From the NCBI GenBank assembly GCA_040220855.1, contig JAVJVZ010000077.1, positions 766 to 64,765 of the forward strand: DNA of 64,000 nt, read 5' to 3'. This DNA comes from Gammaproteobacteria bacterium. Lineage in GTDB: Bacteria > Pseudomonadota > Gammaproteobacteria > Ga0077536. A model generated the notes under the pieces. The model was given only the letters and a program-made list of their open reading frames with translations, was not told the DNA's origin and ran no database searches. The translations under genes were made by a program, and so were the position numbers. Shown here in pieces: positions 53,559 to 63,098 of this stretch (its first letter is position 1; each line of letters starts with the position of its first letter).

Positions 53559-54320
53559 GTGCGTCATCGCTGCGCGAGGCAACGGGTGCTGACGAACAGG
53601 CAGCACGAGGAACTGTGCGGCTTGCCGCCCACCGGGAAGCCTTTGCACCGGGCCCCGTCTGGCAGCCATGTCGGTGCACTGCGTCTTGGCATCGGTATGA
53701 CGCTGGCCGCGCTGATTGCCTGGCTTGCCTGGATGTCGCTGCAGCTCGAGCGCCCACGCGAATCGCCGGTACAGGCGATCTCGGTACTCGACCAGCCGCT
53801 GCCCGACCCGCTCGAGCCGGAACCCGAACCGGAACCGGTGCAGGAGTACGAAGAGCCTGCCGCCAGCGAGGAGTTCGTCGAGCTCACCGCGGCACCGGTC
53901 GACATCGGCAATACGCTCGACGACGCACTCGGCGTGGATGCCGATGGCAGCGGTGGCGGCGACGGCTTCGGCTTGCGTGCAAAGCGTGGCGGACGTGCCC
54001 TCATCGGCGCCGAACACGGTACCGCCGACGATCCGGCCGCGGCGTGGCGCGGCTTTGCGACGCTCGTCGCCAAACGCCTCGAGCGGCTCCTCAACGCCAA
54101 TGGCGCGGTACGCGCGGCCGACTACGACCTGCGCGTACGCCTGTGGCTGGCCGCCGACGGCCGTGTCGCTCGCGTCGAGCTGGCCGGCTCGAGCGGCATG
54201 GCCGCGGTCGACGCCGCTATCGTCAACGTCCTCGAGGACCAGGCCGGCACGCTCGGCGAACCACCCCCGGATATGCCGCAGCCGGTCAACATCCGCGTCC
54301 GCTCACGCAGCGCGGGCTGA
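53559..54320 (+). CDS. TonB-like energy-transducer protein (TM, Pro/Glu-rich linker, C-terminal TonB-like domain); start uncertain (alt. ATG ~53697)
   Basis: TM segment ...MTLAALIAWLAWMSLQL.... Linker ...LPDPLEPEPEPEPVQEYEEP.... C-terminus ...DLRVRLWLAADGRVARVELAGSSGMAAVDAAIVNVL.... Confidence 0.6.
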   Translation: MRHRCARQRVLTNRQHEELCGLPPTGKPLHRAPSGSHVGALRLGIGMTLAALIAWLAWMSLQLERPRESPVQAISVLDQPLPDPLEPEPEPEPVQEYEEPAASEEFVELTAAPVDIGNTLDDALGVDADGSGGGDGFGLRAKRGGRALIGAEHGTADDPAAAWRGFATLVAKRLERLLNANGAVRAADYDLRVRLWLAADGRVARVELAGSSGMAAVDAAIVNVLEDQAGTLGEPPPDMPQPVNIRVRSRSAG

Positions 54321-55232
54321 GCGCGCCGCGGCGTCGAGCTCGAAGCGGGCGCGCGCCCGATCGGTGATACAGCGCGCGGCCGGGTGGCTGAGGCGCCGCT
54401 CGGGCGAGATCGCGACGTAGCTCTCGGTGACGCCGTCGAGCACGCCGACGGGGCGCACGCCGTACATGCGACCAAGGTGATCGGTCAGCTGCACCGGGGC
54501 GGGGAACAGCCCCGCACCGGCCGCTGCGAAGGCCTTCATCAGCGCGCTGTCGTCGAACTCCGCAATCACCCGCGGCCTGATCTCATGCTGCTCGAACCAA
54601 TCCTCGACGTGCCGGCGCAGCGCGCTCGAGTGTTCCGGTAACAGCATCGGCGCGTCGTCGAGCGCGAGCGGGAAACGTCGCTGATAGCGCCTCGCCAACT
54701 TCGCTGGCGCGAACAAGGCAATCGGGCTCTCGCCCAGCGCATGGTTGTAGGCACGCACGCTGAGGCCGGTGGGGATGGGTCGATCGGACAGCACCAGGTC
54801 GAGCCGCGAGACGGCGAGGTCGGCGAGCAGCTTGTCGAGATCGCCCTCACGGCAGACCAGGCGCACGCGCTCCTCGAGTGCCAGCACCGGCTGCAGGATC
54901 TCGCGCGCGACGAGCTTGGCGATCGAGTTCACGACACCGACGTTGAAAGTCTCCGGCATCCCGGCATCGGCGCTCTTCATGCGCCGCGTGAGCTCGGCGC
55001 CAAGGGTGAAGATGTCGTCGGCATACTGTTGCACGATATGACCCGCGTCGGTCAGCGCCAGTCCGCGACCGGCGCGACGGAAGAGCGGCTTGCCGATGAC
55101 CTGTTCGAGGGCCTTGACCTGGCCGCTGACGGTCTGTGGCGCGAGATGGAGAACCTCGGCCGCGCGGGCGACGCTGCCTTCGCGCGCCACGGTCCAGAAA
55201 TAGAGCACGTGGTTGTAGTTGAGGTGGCGCAT
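54303..55232 (-). CDS. LysR-family transcriptional regulator (NhaR-like N-terminus)
   Basis: MRHLNYNHVLYFWTVAREGSVARAAEVLHLAPQTVSGQVKALE.... 309 aa. Confidence 0.85.
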   Translation of the reverse strand: MRHLNYNHVLYFWTVAREGSVARAAEVLHLAPQTVSGQVKALEQVIGKPLFRRAGRGLALTDAGHIVQQYADDIFTLGAELTRRMKSADAGMPETFNVGVVNSIAKLVAREILQPVLALEERVRLVCREGDLDKLLADLAVSRLDLVLSDRPIPTGLSVRAYNHALGESPIALFAPAKLARRYQRRFPLALDDAPMLLPEHSSALRRHVEDWFEQHEIRPRVIAEFDDSALMKAFAAAGAGLFPAPVQLTDHLGRMYGVRPVGVLDGVTESYVAISPERRLSHPAARCITDRARARFELDAAARSARAA

Positions 55233-55335
55233 CAGAACAGCTCCGCGGGAGACGGTGGGCAGTAGCGGCCAGTATACGGAATATCCTTAGCAACAGATCA
55301 GATACTCCGTTTTTCCCGCAAGCGCGCCAAGCCCT

Positions 55336-56190
55336 TCAGGTCGACTCGAGCGCATGCACGATATGCTCGTACAGCTTCTGTACCGGCTGCGAAGGACGCC
55401 GTGCCTTCATGCACAAGGCAATCTCGGTATCCGGCAGGTCTGGCATGTCCTCGTTCTCGCCGAGCACCTGATAGCCCGCCGGCACCATGTCGCGCGGCAG
55501 GATGGTCACCCCGAGCCCGGCGCGCACTGCGGCAAGGCTGCCGGCAAGGCTCGTGCTCTGGTAGGCGATGCGCCATGGACGCGCCGCCCCCTCGAGCGCA
55601 CCGATGGCGCGCTCGCGGTAGACGCAGGGCTCGGGCGACACCACCAGCGAGACCTCCTCGGCGAGCGCCGCCACACCGTAGGCATCGCACACCCACACCA
55701 GGGGCTCGCGCCATACGCGCGTACCCATCGAAGCACCCATGGGATCGCGCTTGAGCAGCACGAGGTCGTGCTGTCCCGCGCGGAACTGGCGCTCGAGCCG
55801 ACGCGTCAGCTCGCAGGTCACTTCCAGGCGCACGCGCGGATGGGCGCGGCTGAATGCCGCGAGCACCTGCGGCAGGTGGCTGGTCGCGAAATCCTCTGGC
55901 GTACCGAGCCGCACGCGTCCTTCGAGTTCCGGCTCGGCGAGGCGCGACAGCAGATCGTCGGAGAGTCGTAAGAGTTCACGCCCACGCTCCAGCAGGAGTT
56001 CGCCGTGCGGCGTCAACGCGAGTTTGCGCGTGTCGCGCGTGATGAGCGTCTGGCCGAGTTGCTCCTCGAGCTTCTTGAGCTGTGCGCTGACCGTCGATTG
56101 CGTCTTGTTGAGACGCTCGGCGGCACGCGTGAAACCGCCGGTCTCGACGATCGCGACGAAGGTACGCAACGGGTCCAACTCGAGGTGCAT
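55336..56190 (-). CDS. LysR-family transcriptional regulator, divergent from the dabBA operon
   Basis: MHLELDPLRTFVAIVETGGFTRAAERLNKTQSTVSAQLKKLEEQLG.... 284 aa. Confidence 0.85.
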   Translation of the reverse strand: MHLELDPLRTFVAIVETGGFTRAAERLNKTQSTVSAQLKKLEEQLGQTLITRDTRKLALTPHGELLLERGRELLRLSDDLLSRLAEPELEGRVRLGTPEDFATSHLPQVLAAFSRAHPRVRLEVTCELTRRLERQFRAGQHDLVLLKRDPMGASMGTRVWREPLVWVCDAYGVAALAEEVSLVVSPEPCVYRERAIGALEGAARPWRIAYQSTSLAGSLAAVRAGLGVTILPRDMVPAGYQVLGENEDMPDLPDTEIALCMKARRPSQPVQKLYEHIVHALEST

Positions 56191-56224
56191 GGAATGCTCC
56201 GGGCTCTGGTCGACCTGATGATTT

Positions 56225-56239
56225 ATCGTGTTTAACGAT
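56225..56239. promoter_or_regulatory. LTTR-box-like palindrome ATCGT-N5-ACGAT (T-N11-A) in the AT-rich LysR/dabB divergent intergenic region
   Basis: Read directly from the sequence: tgatttATCGTgtttaACGATgctattt. Confidence 0.5.
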
Positions 56240-56334
56240 GCTATTTAGTTTTTTTATTCGTTTCAACAATCTTGCTGCACTGCCCATACTGCGCGCCGTC
56301 ACCACCCCGGTGGCCTGTCATGGAGATTCGCGGT

Positions 56335-57792
56335 ATGTCAGAACTCGTCCAGGGCGCACTCGCGCTCGTCGTCATCGGCCTGCTCGTCATTGCCCTCGTC
56401 GCGCCCGCCGCGCCGCTGCGCGCGCTGCGCGCGGCGAGTCGACTGGCGGGCGTGGCCGCAGTAGGGGCGCTCGCCGCCATCAGCGTGGCGCCCGCCGATT
56501 CGTTCACGCGCACTTCACTGCTGCTGCTCGTTCTCGCCGCCACGCTGGCCTGCGCGGTGCTCGCCTTCTCGGTGCGGCACATGCGTGGCGACCGTCACCT
56601 GGACGCCTACGCGCGCGGCGTCGTGCTGCTCGCTGCGGCCACCCTGCTCGGCGCCGGCACCGACGACATGGTGGTCTTCGCTGCCGCCTGGCTGGCCGCG
56701 TCGCGGATTGTCGTCGAACTCATCGCGCAAACGGCAGCGCCGGAGCAGGCGACGCGCGCCGCGGCCAGTGCCCGCGGGAGCTTTCGACTCGGCGACGCCG
56801 CACTGGTGATCACCGTTCTGCTCGCGGCACTCGCCTGTGCGGACTCCGGCTTCGCGGCTCTGGCCAATGCCGACGCCGCGGCCGCACCCTTTCTTCAGGC
56901 TGCGGCCGCCGCTCTGCTCGTCGCCATCGTCGTGCGCAGCGCGGCGCTGCCGGCGCAGCGCTGGCTGCTCGCCTCGACAGCGGCGCCAACGCCGGTGTGT
57001 GCACTGTTGCACGCAGGCTTCGTCAACGCCGGCGGCATCGCCGCGCTCAAGTTCGCACCCCTGCTCACGGCCGCGCCGCTGGCATTGTTCGCACTGCTGG
57101 CTGGCGGCATCGCCGCGATCCTCGGCGGTACCGCGATCGGACTCGTGCGCGCCGACGTCAAGGGCCGCCTGGCCGGTTCGACCGTCGCACAGATGGGTTA
57201 CATGCTGGTCCAGTGCGGTCTCGGCGCCTTCGCCCATGCGCTGTTTCATATCCTCGCGCACGGGGTGTTCAAGGCGCACGCGTTCCTGCGCGCGAATGGT
57301 GAGATCGGCGTAGCCGGCAACGCCGCCAGCACGCCTGCACGTGGCACCGAGTGGCTCATGTTGCTGCCGAGCCTGCTGTTCTTCGCCGCCTGGGGCCTCA
57401 CCGACCTCGCGCTCGCCGACCTCGTGTTGTTGAGCTTCGCGGCCACGCTGGGTATCGAGGCGCTGAGCCTTGCCTGGCGTCGCGGCTGCCTGCCGCAGGG
57501 CGTCCTGCGCGCACTCGCGGTAACCATACCGGCACTGCTCGCCGCTGTCGTCGTACATCACCTGCTGCCGACCGTCGTGGCGGCGCCGCTGCCGATTGCA
57601 CCCAGCGCCCACCTGCTCGGGGCGATGCTCGGCGTGCTGTCCATCCTCGCCTACCTGCGTGCGGCGCGGGTGGCGCTGCCGGATGCTCTGCACGCCGCGC
57701 TGCTGCGCCTGGCTAACGCGCACCCGCCGCAACGCGCACGGCTTGCGCCGCTCCCACTCGCGACGCTGCGTGCCGCGCGGCGTTCGTCCTGA
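56335..57792 (+). CDS. dabB: DabB, NuoL/MnhA-type proton-conducting membrane subunit of a DAB inorganic-carbon uptake complex
   Basis: RBS GGAGA precedes the start. The protein is multi-TM and Ala/Leu-rich. ...VAQMGYMLVQCGLGAFAHALFHILAHGVFKAHAFL... resembles the NuoL antiporter-subunit core. It is followed by a DUF2309 gene. There is an alternative start at 56320. Confidence 0.75.
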   Translation: MSELVQGALALVVIGLLVIALVAPAAPLRALRAASRLAGVAAVGALAAISVAPADSFTRTSLLLLVLAATLACAVLAFSVRHMRGDRHLDAYARGVVLLAAATLLGAGTDDMVVFAAAWLAASRIVVELIAQTAAPEQATRAAASARGSFRLGDAALVITVLLAALACADSGFAALANADAAAAPFLQAAAAALLVAIVVRSAALPAQRWLLASTAAPTPVCALLHAGFVNAGGIAALKFAPLLTAAPLALFALLAGGIAAILGGTAIGLVRADVKGRLAGSTVAQMGYMLVQCGLGAFAHALFHILAHGVFKAHAFLRANGEIGVAGNAASTPARGTEWLMLLPSLLFFAAWGLTDLALADLVLLSFAATLGIEALSLAWRRGCLPQGVLRALAVTIPALLAAVVVHHLLPTVVAAPLPIAPSAHLLGAMLGVLSILAYLRAARVALPDALHAALLRLANAHPPQRARLAPLPLATLRAARRSS

Positions 57793-57808
57793 CCAGAGGA
57801 GACAGACC

Positions 57809-60526
57809 ATGAGCAAGACGCCCGTCGCCGCCGACGCCCACGCCATGGAAGCCCAGCTCCATGCCGCGCTCGACGCCGCAGCCGAACGCCTGCCGCACTT
57901 CTTTCCGCTCGATGCATTCGTCGCGAGCAACCCGTTGCAGGGCTTCGAGCACCTGTCGTTCGACGAAGCCGTCGCGCAGGCACACATGCTCTGCGGCGGT
58001 CGCGGCCAGCTGCCGCTGGAACACTACCGTGAGCGCGTCGCCCGCGGACGACTCGAACCGGACCGGCTGCGGGCCGCCGTCGTCGCCGCGCTGCCTGCCC
58101 ACGTCGCATCGCTCGCCGGGCACGATCTCCCGTTCACCGATTACCTGCTCGCGCGCATCGTCGATGGCGCGGTGGCGCCACCCGATGCACTGCTGGCTGC
58201 CGCCAATGCGGCGGCCACGCGGGCGGGCCTCGGCACGAACGATGGCGCAGCAGGCTGGCCAGCCGAGCACACCACGCTGCTGGCCTGGCTCGACACCCGG
58301 CTCGCGGCCGGCCTCGTCGAGCGGCGCGACGCGCTGGTGTGCGCTTTCCTGCGCGCTTGCCTGCTCGCCGACGACGACACCGCACTACCTCCTCCCGGTG
58401 CGACGACCGGTCTCTACACCGCGTTTCGCCGGCACCTGTTGCGCGACCCACTGCTCGACGGTGTCGCCGCCGGTGTCGATATTCCCCGTGTAGCCCTCCT
58501 GCCCGACGCCCCGGAAGCGGCCGTCCTCGGCGCTCTCGCTGCGCTCGGACTCGACCCCGACCGGCGCGCCGGTTACCTGTGTCAGCAGCTCTTCTCACTC
58601 AAGGGCTGGGCCGCTTTCGTTGCCTGGCACGCACACGGCGCGCGCGCTCAGGCGCGGCCGGCGCGCCTGCTCGACCTGCTCGCAGTGCTGCTGGTCACCG
58701 AGCGCCTGCTGTGGCTCGACCTCGCGCTCGCGCACGGGCTGCCGAGCGACCTGCACGGCCTCGTCGCGCACCTCCCCCACGTCACGGCGCCGGCAGAGTC
58801 GGCGGCGGCAACGGCACTCGCTGCGTTCGCCGCCTGGCACGACCTGCCTCCCACCGTGCTGGACGAAGCCAGCGCCGACGAAGTGACGACACTCACCGAC
58901 ACGTTGATGCGCTGTAACGAAGACTGGCTCGCACTGCGCTGCCTGGAGGCCGAGGAGCTCGCCTACCGCGACGACCTCCTGACGCAACTTGCTGCGCCGG
59001 CGCCGGCAACCGCGGCATGTCCGGCTGGCCGGCCGCGTGCGCAGATGGCGTTCTGTATCGACGTTCGCTCCGAGCCGCTGCGGCGCGCCCTCGAGGCACA
59101 GGGGGCCTACGATACTTACGGTTATGCCGGATTCTTCGGCATCGCACTCAGCTACGCGCGCCTCGATGGCAGCACCAGTGCGCAATGCCCGGTGCTGCTC
59201 GAGCCTGCTTACCACGTGCACGAGCAAGCGGCACCGCGACTGCCGGCGCAGACGCGCCGGCAGCACGTGGCCGGTGCACGCTTCGCCGGCCTGCTGCCCG
59301 CCATCAAACGCGCACTGAAACGCCATCCGCTGGCAAGCTTCGGCGTGGTCGACGGCTTCGGGTTGCTGTCGGTGTGGCCACTGCTGCGCGACGCGATCCG
59401 TCCCGCTGCGCCGCCGCCGCGCGCTGCAGCGACGCTCGGGCCGTGGCTGGAGCCGGATGTGGCTGGCGACGCCGTGGCGGCAACACCCGGACTGCCCGGC
59501 GACGACGAGCAGTTCGCCATCGCGCGCGCGTTCTTCGAAACGACCGGCCTTGCCGCGCCGTTCGCGCGCCTGCTGGTGCTGTGCGGACATGCCGCCTCCA
59601 CGACCAACAACGCGTATGCCGGCGCACTCGACTGCGGCGCCTGCGGCGGCCACGAGGGCGCCACCAATGCCCGGCTGCTCGCGCAGATCCTCGAGCGCAA
59701 GGAGATTCGCGAACGTCTCGCCGCGCACGGCATCGCACTGCCGGTCGATACGCACGCGCTGGCGGCACTGCACGACACCACCACCGACCGGGTGACGCTG
59801 TTCGATGACGACCTGCCCGCCAGTCACACCGCCGATGCCCGTGCGCTCGCGCGCGCACTGGAAGCCGCGGCACGCGACAACCGGGTGTTGCGCGCGCTGC
59901 GTCTCGGCACCACCGCGGCGGACCTCCAGAGGCGTGCCGCCGACGCCGCCGAGACGCGCCCGGAGTGGGGCCTCGCCGGCAACGCCGCGTTCATCTGCGC
60001 GCCGCGCGCGACCACGCGTGGGCACGACCTCGGTGGCCGCACCTTCCTGCATTCCTACGACTGGACGCGTGACGGCGACGGCGCCGTGCTCACGGCCATC
60101 ATGAGTGCGCCGCTGGTCGTCGCGCAATGGATCAATGCGCAGTACTACTTCTCCAGCGTCGACAACGCGACGTGGGGGAGCGGCAGCAAGGTCACGCAGA
60201 ACATCGTCGGCGGCCTGGCGGTAATGCAGGGCGAATCGGGCGACCTGCGGCTCGGTCTGCCGGCGCAGTCGGTGCAGGCCGACGACGGCCGGCTCTATCA
60301 CGAACCGTTGCGATTGCTCGCCGTCATCGAAGCGCCAGCGACACGCATCAGCGCCGTGCTGGCCAGCAACGAGACCCTGCGCGCGCTGTTCGACAACTGC
60401 TGGCTGCGCCTCGTCGCGCTCGACCGCGAAGCGGGCGCCTGGTGCGCCTACCAGCCGGGCGGCGCCTGGCAACGCCTCACCCTGCCCATTCCTGCAACGT
60501 CTGCCCAACTGGAGGGAGCAGCATGA
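57809..60526 (+). CDS. dabA: DabA (DUF2309/YbcC family), putative carbonic-anhydrase-like subunit of the DAB complex
   Basis: RBS AGAGGAGA precedes the start. MSKTPVAADAHAMEAQLHAALDAAAERLPHFFPLDAFVASNPLQGFEHL.... It carries the conserved metal-ligand motifs ...MAFCIDVRSEPLRR... and ...LVLCGHAASTTNNAYAGALDCGACGGHEG.... 905 aa. Confidence 0.85.
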   Translation: MSKTPVAADAHAMEAQLHAALDAAAERLPHFFPLDAFVASNPLQGFEHLSFDEAVAQAHMLCGGRGQLPLEHYRERVARGRLEPDRLRAAVVAALPAHVASLAGHDLPFTDYLLARIVDGAVAPPDALLAAANAAATRAGLGTNDGAAGWPAEHTTLLAWLDTRLAAGLVERRDALVCAFLRACLLADDDTALPPPGATTGLYTAFRRHLLRDPLLDGVAAGVDIPRVALLPDAPEAAVLGALAALGLDPDRRAGYLCQQLFSLKGWAAFVAWHAHGARAQARPARLLDLLAVLLVTERLLWLDLALAHGLPSDLHGLVAHLPHVTAPAESAAATALAAFAAWHDLPPTVLDEASADEVTTLTDTLMRCNEDWLALRCLEAEELAYRDDLLTQLAAPAPATAACPAGRPRAQMAFCIDVRSEPLRRALEAQGAYDTYGYAGFFGIALSYARLDGSTSAQCPVLLEPAYHVHEQAAPRLPAQTRRQHVAGARFAGLLPAIKRALKRHPLASFGVVDGFGLLSVWPLLRDAIRPAAPPPRAAATLGPWLEPDVAGDAVAATPGLPGDDEQFAIARAFFETTGLAAPFARLLVLCGHAASTTNNAYAGALDCGACGGHEGATNARLLAQILERKEIRERLAAHGIALPVDTHALAALHDTTTDRVTLFDDDLPASHTADARALARALEAAARDNRVLRALRLGTTAADLQRRAADAAETRPEWGLAGNAAFICAPRATTRGHDLGGRTFLHSYDWTRDGDGAVLTAIMSAPLVVAQWINAQYYFSSVDNATWGSGSKVTQNIVGGLAVMQGESGDLRLGLPAQSVQADDGRLYHEPLRLLAVIEAPATRISAVLASNETLRALFDNCWLRLVALDREAGAWCAYQPGGAWQRLTLPIPATSAQLEGAA

Positions 60527-61563
60527 ACGACGACATCCATTCCCTTGCCGCACCGATCGGCTATCGCAAGGTGCTGGTGCTGGTCGATACCCGCCTCGTC
60601 GCCAGCGCCGAAGGCGCCTGGCATTGCCTCGACCGCATCGGGCGCCTGGCAGTCGAACAGGGCGCCGAACTGACCCTGTGCGACGTCGTCGAGTCGCCAC
60701 CTGCGGAGCTCGCCGTGGACCCCGTGGCACAGACCCTGACCGGTCTGCGGCGCGAACTCGCGCGCGAGCGACTCGAGGCCATCGCGGCACCCTTGCGCGC
60801 GCTGGTACCGCTGTCGGTCGAACTCTGCGAGGGCAGCACCTTCCTCGCCATCACGCGCCTGGTGCTCGAACGCCGCTACGATCTCGTGGTGCACGTGACC
60901 AACTCGGCCGCGCGCGGCGGCCTCGCGCCGACCGACATGCATCTCGCACGCAAGTGCCCCTGCGCGCTGTGGGTCATGGATACCAGTGGCCCGGCGCGCT
61001 ACGGCAACGTATTGGTCGCAGTCGACCGCGAACTCTACACCGAACCCGGCACGGTCTCGCGCTTCAGCCTGCAACTCGCACTGACGGCATTGCTGTTCGC
61101 GCGCCTCGACGCCGCGCAGGTGCACCTGGTGCACGCGTGGCAGCCGTATGCGGCCGACCTCCTCGCGCATCCACGCGCCGCCCTCGGCCACTCGCCGGTG
61201 GAACGCTACATCGCCAGTCAGCGCACGCTGCACTCGCGCTGGCTGGCCACGCTCGAGGCGAACGTAGCGGGCATGCACCAGGGAATGACGCTGCATGCAC
61301 AGCTGGTCGAAGGCGAAGCGTCCTCGGTGGTCGCTGCGGCTGCCGAGCGCCACCGCGCCGACCTGCTCGTGATGGGAACGCTGGCCAGTGGCGCAGCGCC
61401 CGGACAATTCATCGGACATACCGCCGAGCGCATACTCGGGCGCGTCGCCATTCCGGTTCTCACGCTGAAGCCGCCGGGCTTCCTCTCGCCGGTGCGCGCG
61501 GTGCCAGACGATCTCGCCGTCACGCGGATCGGCGCGGCCCAATCGCAGGGGGTGCTGTCATGA
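60523..61563 (+). CDS. Tandem universal stress protein (2x UspA domains)
   Basis: RBS GGAGGGAG precedes the start, which overlaps the dabA stop in an ATGA arrangement. MNDDIHSLAAPIGYRKVLVLVDTRLVASAEG... and ...LLVMGTLASGAAPGQFIGHTAERILGRVAIPVLTLK. Confidence 0.8.
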   Translation: MNDDIHSLAAPIGYRKVLVLVDTRLVASAEGAWHCLDRIGRLAVEQGAELTLCDVVESPPAELAVDPVAQTLTGLRRELARERLEAIAAPLRALVPLSVELCEGSTFLAITRLVLERRYDLVVHVTNSAARGGLAPTDMHLARKCPCALWVMDTSGPARYGNVLVAVDRELYTEPGTVSRFSLQLALTALLFARLDAAQVHLVHAWQPYAADLLAHPRAALGHSPVERYIASQRTLHSRWLATLEANVAGMHQGMTLHAQLVEGEASSVVAAAAERHRADLLVMGTLASGAAPGQFIGHTAERILGRVAIPVLTLKPPGFLSPVRAVPDDLAVTRIGAAQSQGVLS

Positions 61564-62030
61564 ACGCGCCGCAACTGCATCTCGTCGCCGACGCACCCGT
61601 GCCGGCGCCGTCGACGGCAACGGAAGGGCGCCGGACCGCCTTCGGCGCGCGTGTCTCCGGCGCGCTCGGCGCACTGCGCAGCGCGGCGCGCGCCGGCATG
61701 GCGCGCTCGGTGTGCGCCTGCGAGGCATTGTGCGAACAGATCGAGGCGACCTGCGCCGACGACCCCGCAACGGCCTGCATCCTGCTCGAATGCGTCGCCC
61801 GTGAGCCGGCTGCACAGGTGCTGCGCCCTCGCCTGTTCGCAATCGCGAGCCGGCTGGCAAACGCGGACAATCCGTTCATCGTCTACCGCGCGTGTGCGCA
61901 GGCGCTGGCGCTCGGGCGCCATGACCTGCGGCTCGACAACCACGCCGGGGTCCTGGTCGGCACCATCCGGGCGCAGGCGCGCCCCGTGCTCGCGCGCCGC
62001 CTCGGACGCCTCGTAGAACAGGGACGCTGA
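61560..62030 (+). CDS. Hypothetical Cys-rich protein translationally coupled to usp
   Basis: It overlaps the usp stop in an ATGA arrangement. MNAPQLHLVADAPVPAPSTATEGRRTAFGARVSGALGALRSAARAGMARSVCACEALCEQIEATCADDPATACILLECVAREPAAQVL.... It contains six Cys and is 156 aa. No recognised family. Confidence 0.4.
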   Translation: MNAPQLHLVADAPVPAPSTATEGRRTAFGARVSGALGALRSAARAGMARSVCACEALCEQIEATCADDPATACILLECVAREPAAQVLRPRLFAIASRLANADNPFIVYRACAQALALGRHDLRLDNHAGVLVGTIRAQARPVLARRLGRLVEQGR

Positions 62031-62173
62031 GATTGACTGTCCGCGCAGGCGCGCGACCACGCTTCGGCGGAACCGTCGAATCAATGCGCGAATGCCTGCG
62101 CGAACAGCCTGCCCGCCGGTGCTAGCCTGGAATCGTCACCGAGGAAGACCAACGTCGTCACGAGGGAAACGTC

Positions 62174-62491
62174 ATGTTCGAAGCCATCCTGATGCTGATG
62201 CTGTTCGAGCCGAACGCGCAGGCAGACGTACTGCGCGAGGCACCGCTGCCACCGACGCTGGCGATACCGGCGCCGCGCGGCCACTCACAACGGGCGACCG
62301 CGCCCGGCACGGCGCCGCATGTCATCACCGCACCAACGCAGGCGGGTGAGGCCAAGCTGGCGCAGGCCGACCGCGACCGCGCTTTCATGCCGGCACCGGC
62401 ACGTCGCTGGAGCTGGCTGTTCGAGCATGGCTCGCGTCACCAGGGCACACTCGCACCGCGCTTCGAACTCGACACGCGTCACGTGTTCTGA
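62174..62491 (+). CDS. Hypothetical small protein
   Basis: RBS GAGGGAAAC precedes the start. MFEAILMLMLFEPNAQADVLREAPLPP.... No recognised family. Weak support. Confidence 0.25.
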   Translation: MFEAILMLMLFEPNAQADVLREAPLPPTLAIPAPRGHSQRATAPGTAPHVITAPTQAGEAKLAQADRDRAFMPAPARRWSWLFEHGSRHQGTLAPRFELDTRHVF

Positions 62492-62531
62492 ACGAACGCC
62501 CTCTGCGCGCAGCCGCGCGGCCCCGCGCGGC

Positions 62532-63095
62532 TCACCGATCCCCCTCCTTAGGTCCCGGCTCGTCCGGGCCTTTTTTCTCTGGCCCGCGCTCTTCCATCGC
62601 GTCGCCGCCGTCATCGAGCGCAGCGACGAACTCGGCCAGCAGGGCGTAGAGCAGCTCGAGGCGCGCCGTGCCGAAGCGCTGCGCGATGACGCGATAGTTG
62701 CGCTCGGAGTCCGGCGCCACGGCAGCGAACAAGGCGCGACCGCGCGCGGTCAGGGTAAACAAGGCACGGCGCTGGTCGCCTGGGGGCGTGCGCCGCGCGA
62801 CCAGGCGCAGCGTGACCAGGTGCTGCAGGATGCGTGACAGGCTCGGCGCGAGCAGCAGGCTGCGCCGCGCAATCTCCGACGCGTCGCTGGCCGGCCACGA
62901 GGCGAGCACACGCAGCACCCGCCATTGCTGCTCGGTAAGACCATGTTCGCGCAGCATCGGGCGGAAGCGCGCCATGGCGGCTTCGCGCGCCTTCAACAGT
63001 TGCATCGGCAGTGACTGCTCGAAATCGCGCAGGGTGGTGTCCGCTCCTGGCGCGCGGCGGTCACCTGTGCTCGGCTCACTGCCACGCGCCGCCAT
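62532..63095 (-). CDS. MarR-family regulator (second HpaR-like paralog)
   Basis: ...LTEQQWRVLRVLASWPASDASEIARRSLLLAPSLSRILQHLVTLRLVARRTPPGDQRRALFTLTARG.... Confidence 0.78.
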   Translation of the reverse strand: MAARGSEPSTGDRRAPGADTTLRDFEQSLPMQLLKAREAAMARFRPMLREHGLTEQQWRVLRVLASWPASDASEIARRSLLLAPSLSRILQHLVTLRLVARRTPPGDQRRALFTLTARGRALFAAVAPDSERNYRVIAQRFGTARLELLYALLAEFVAALDDGGDAMEERGPEKKGPDEPGPKEGDR

Positions 63096-63098
63096 CGC

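Noticed and set aside
56515-60790. Long minus-strand ORFs (56515..57987 and 58595..60790)
   Set aside because: They are antisense to dabB and dabA, which carry clear family motifs on the plus strand.
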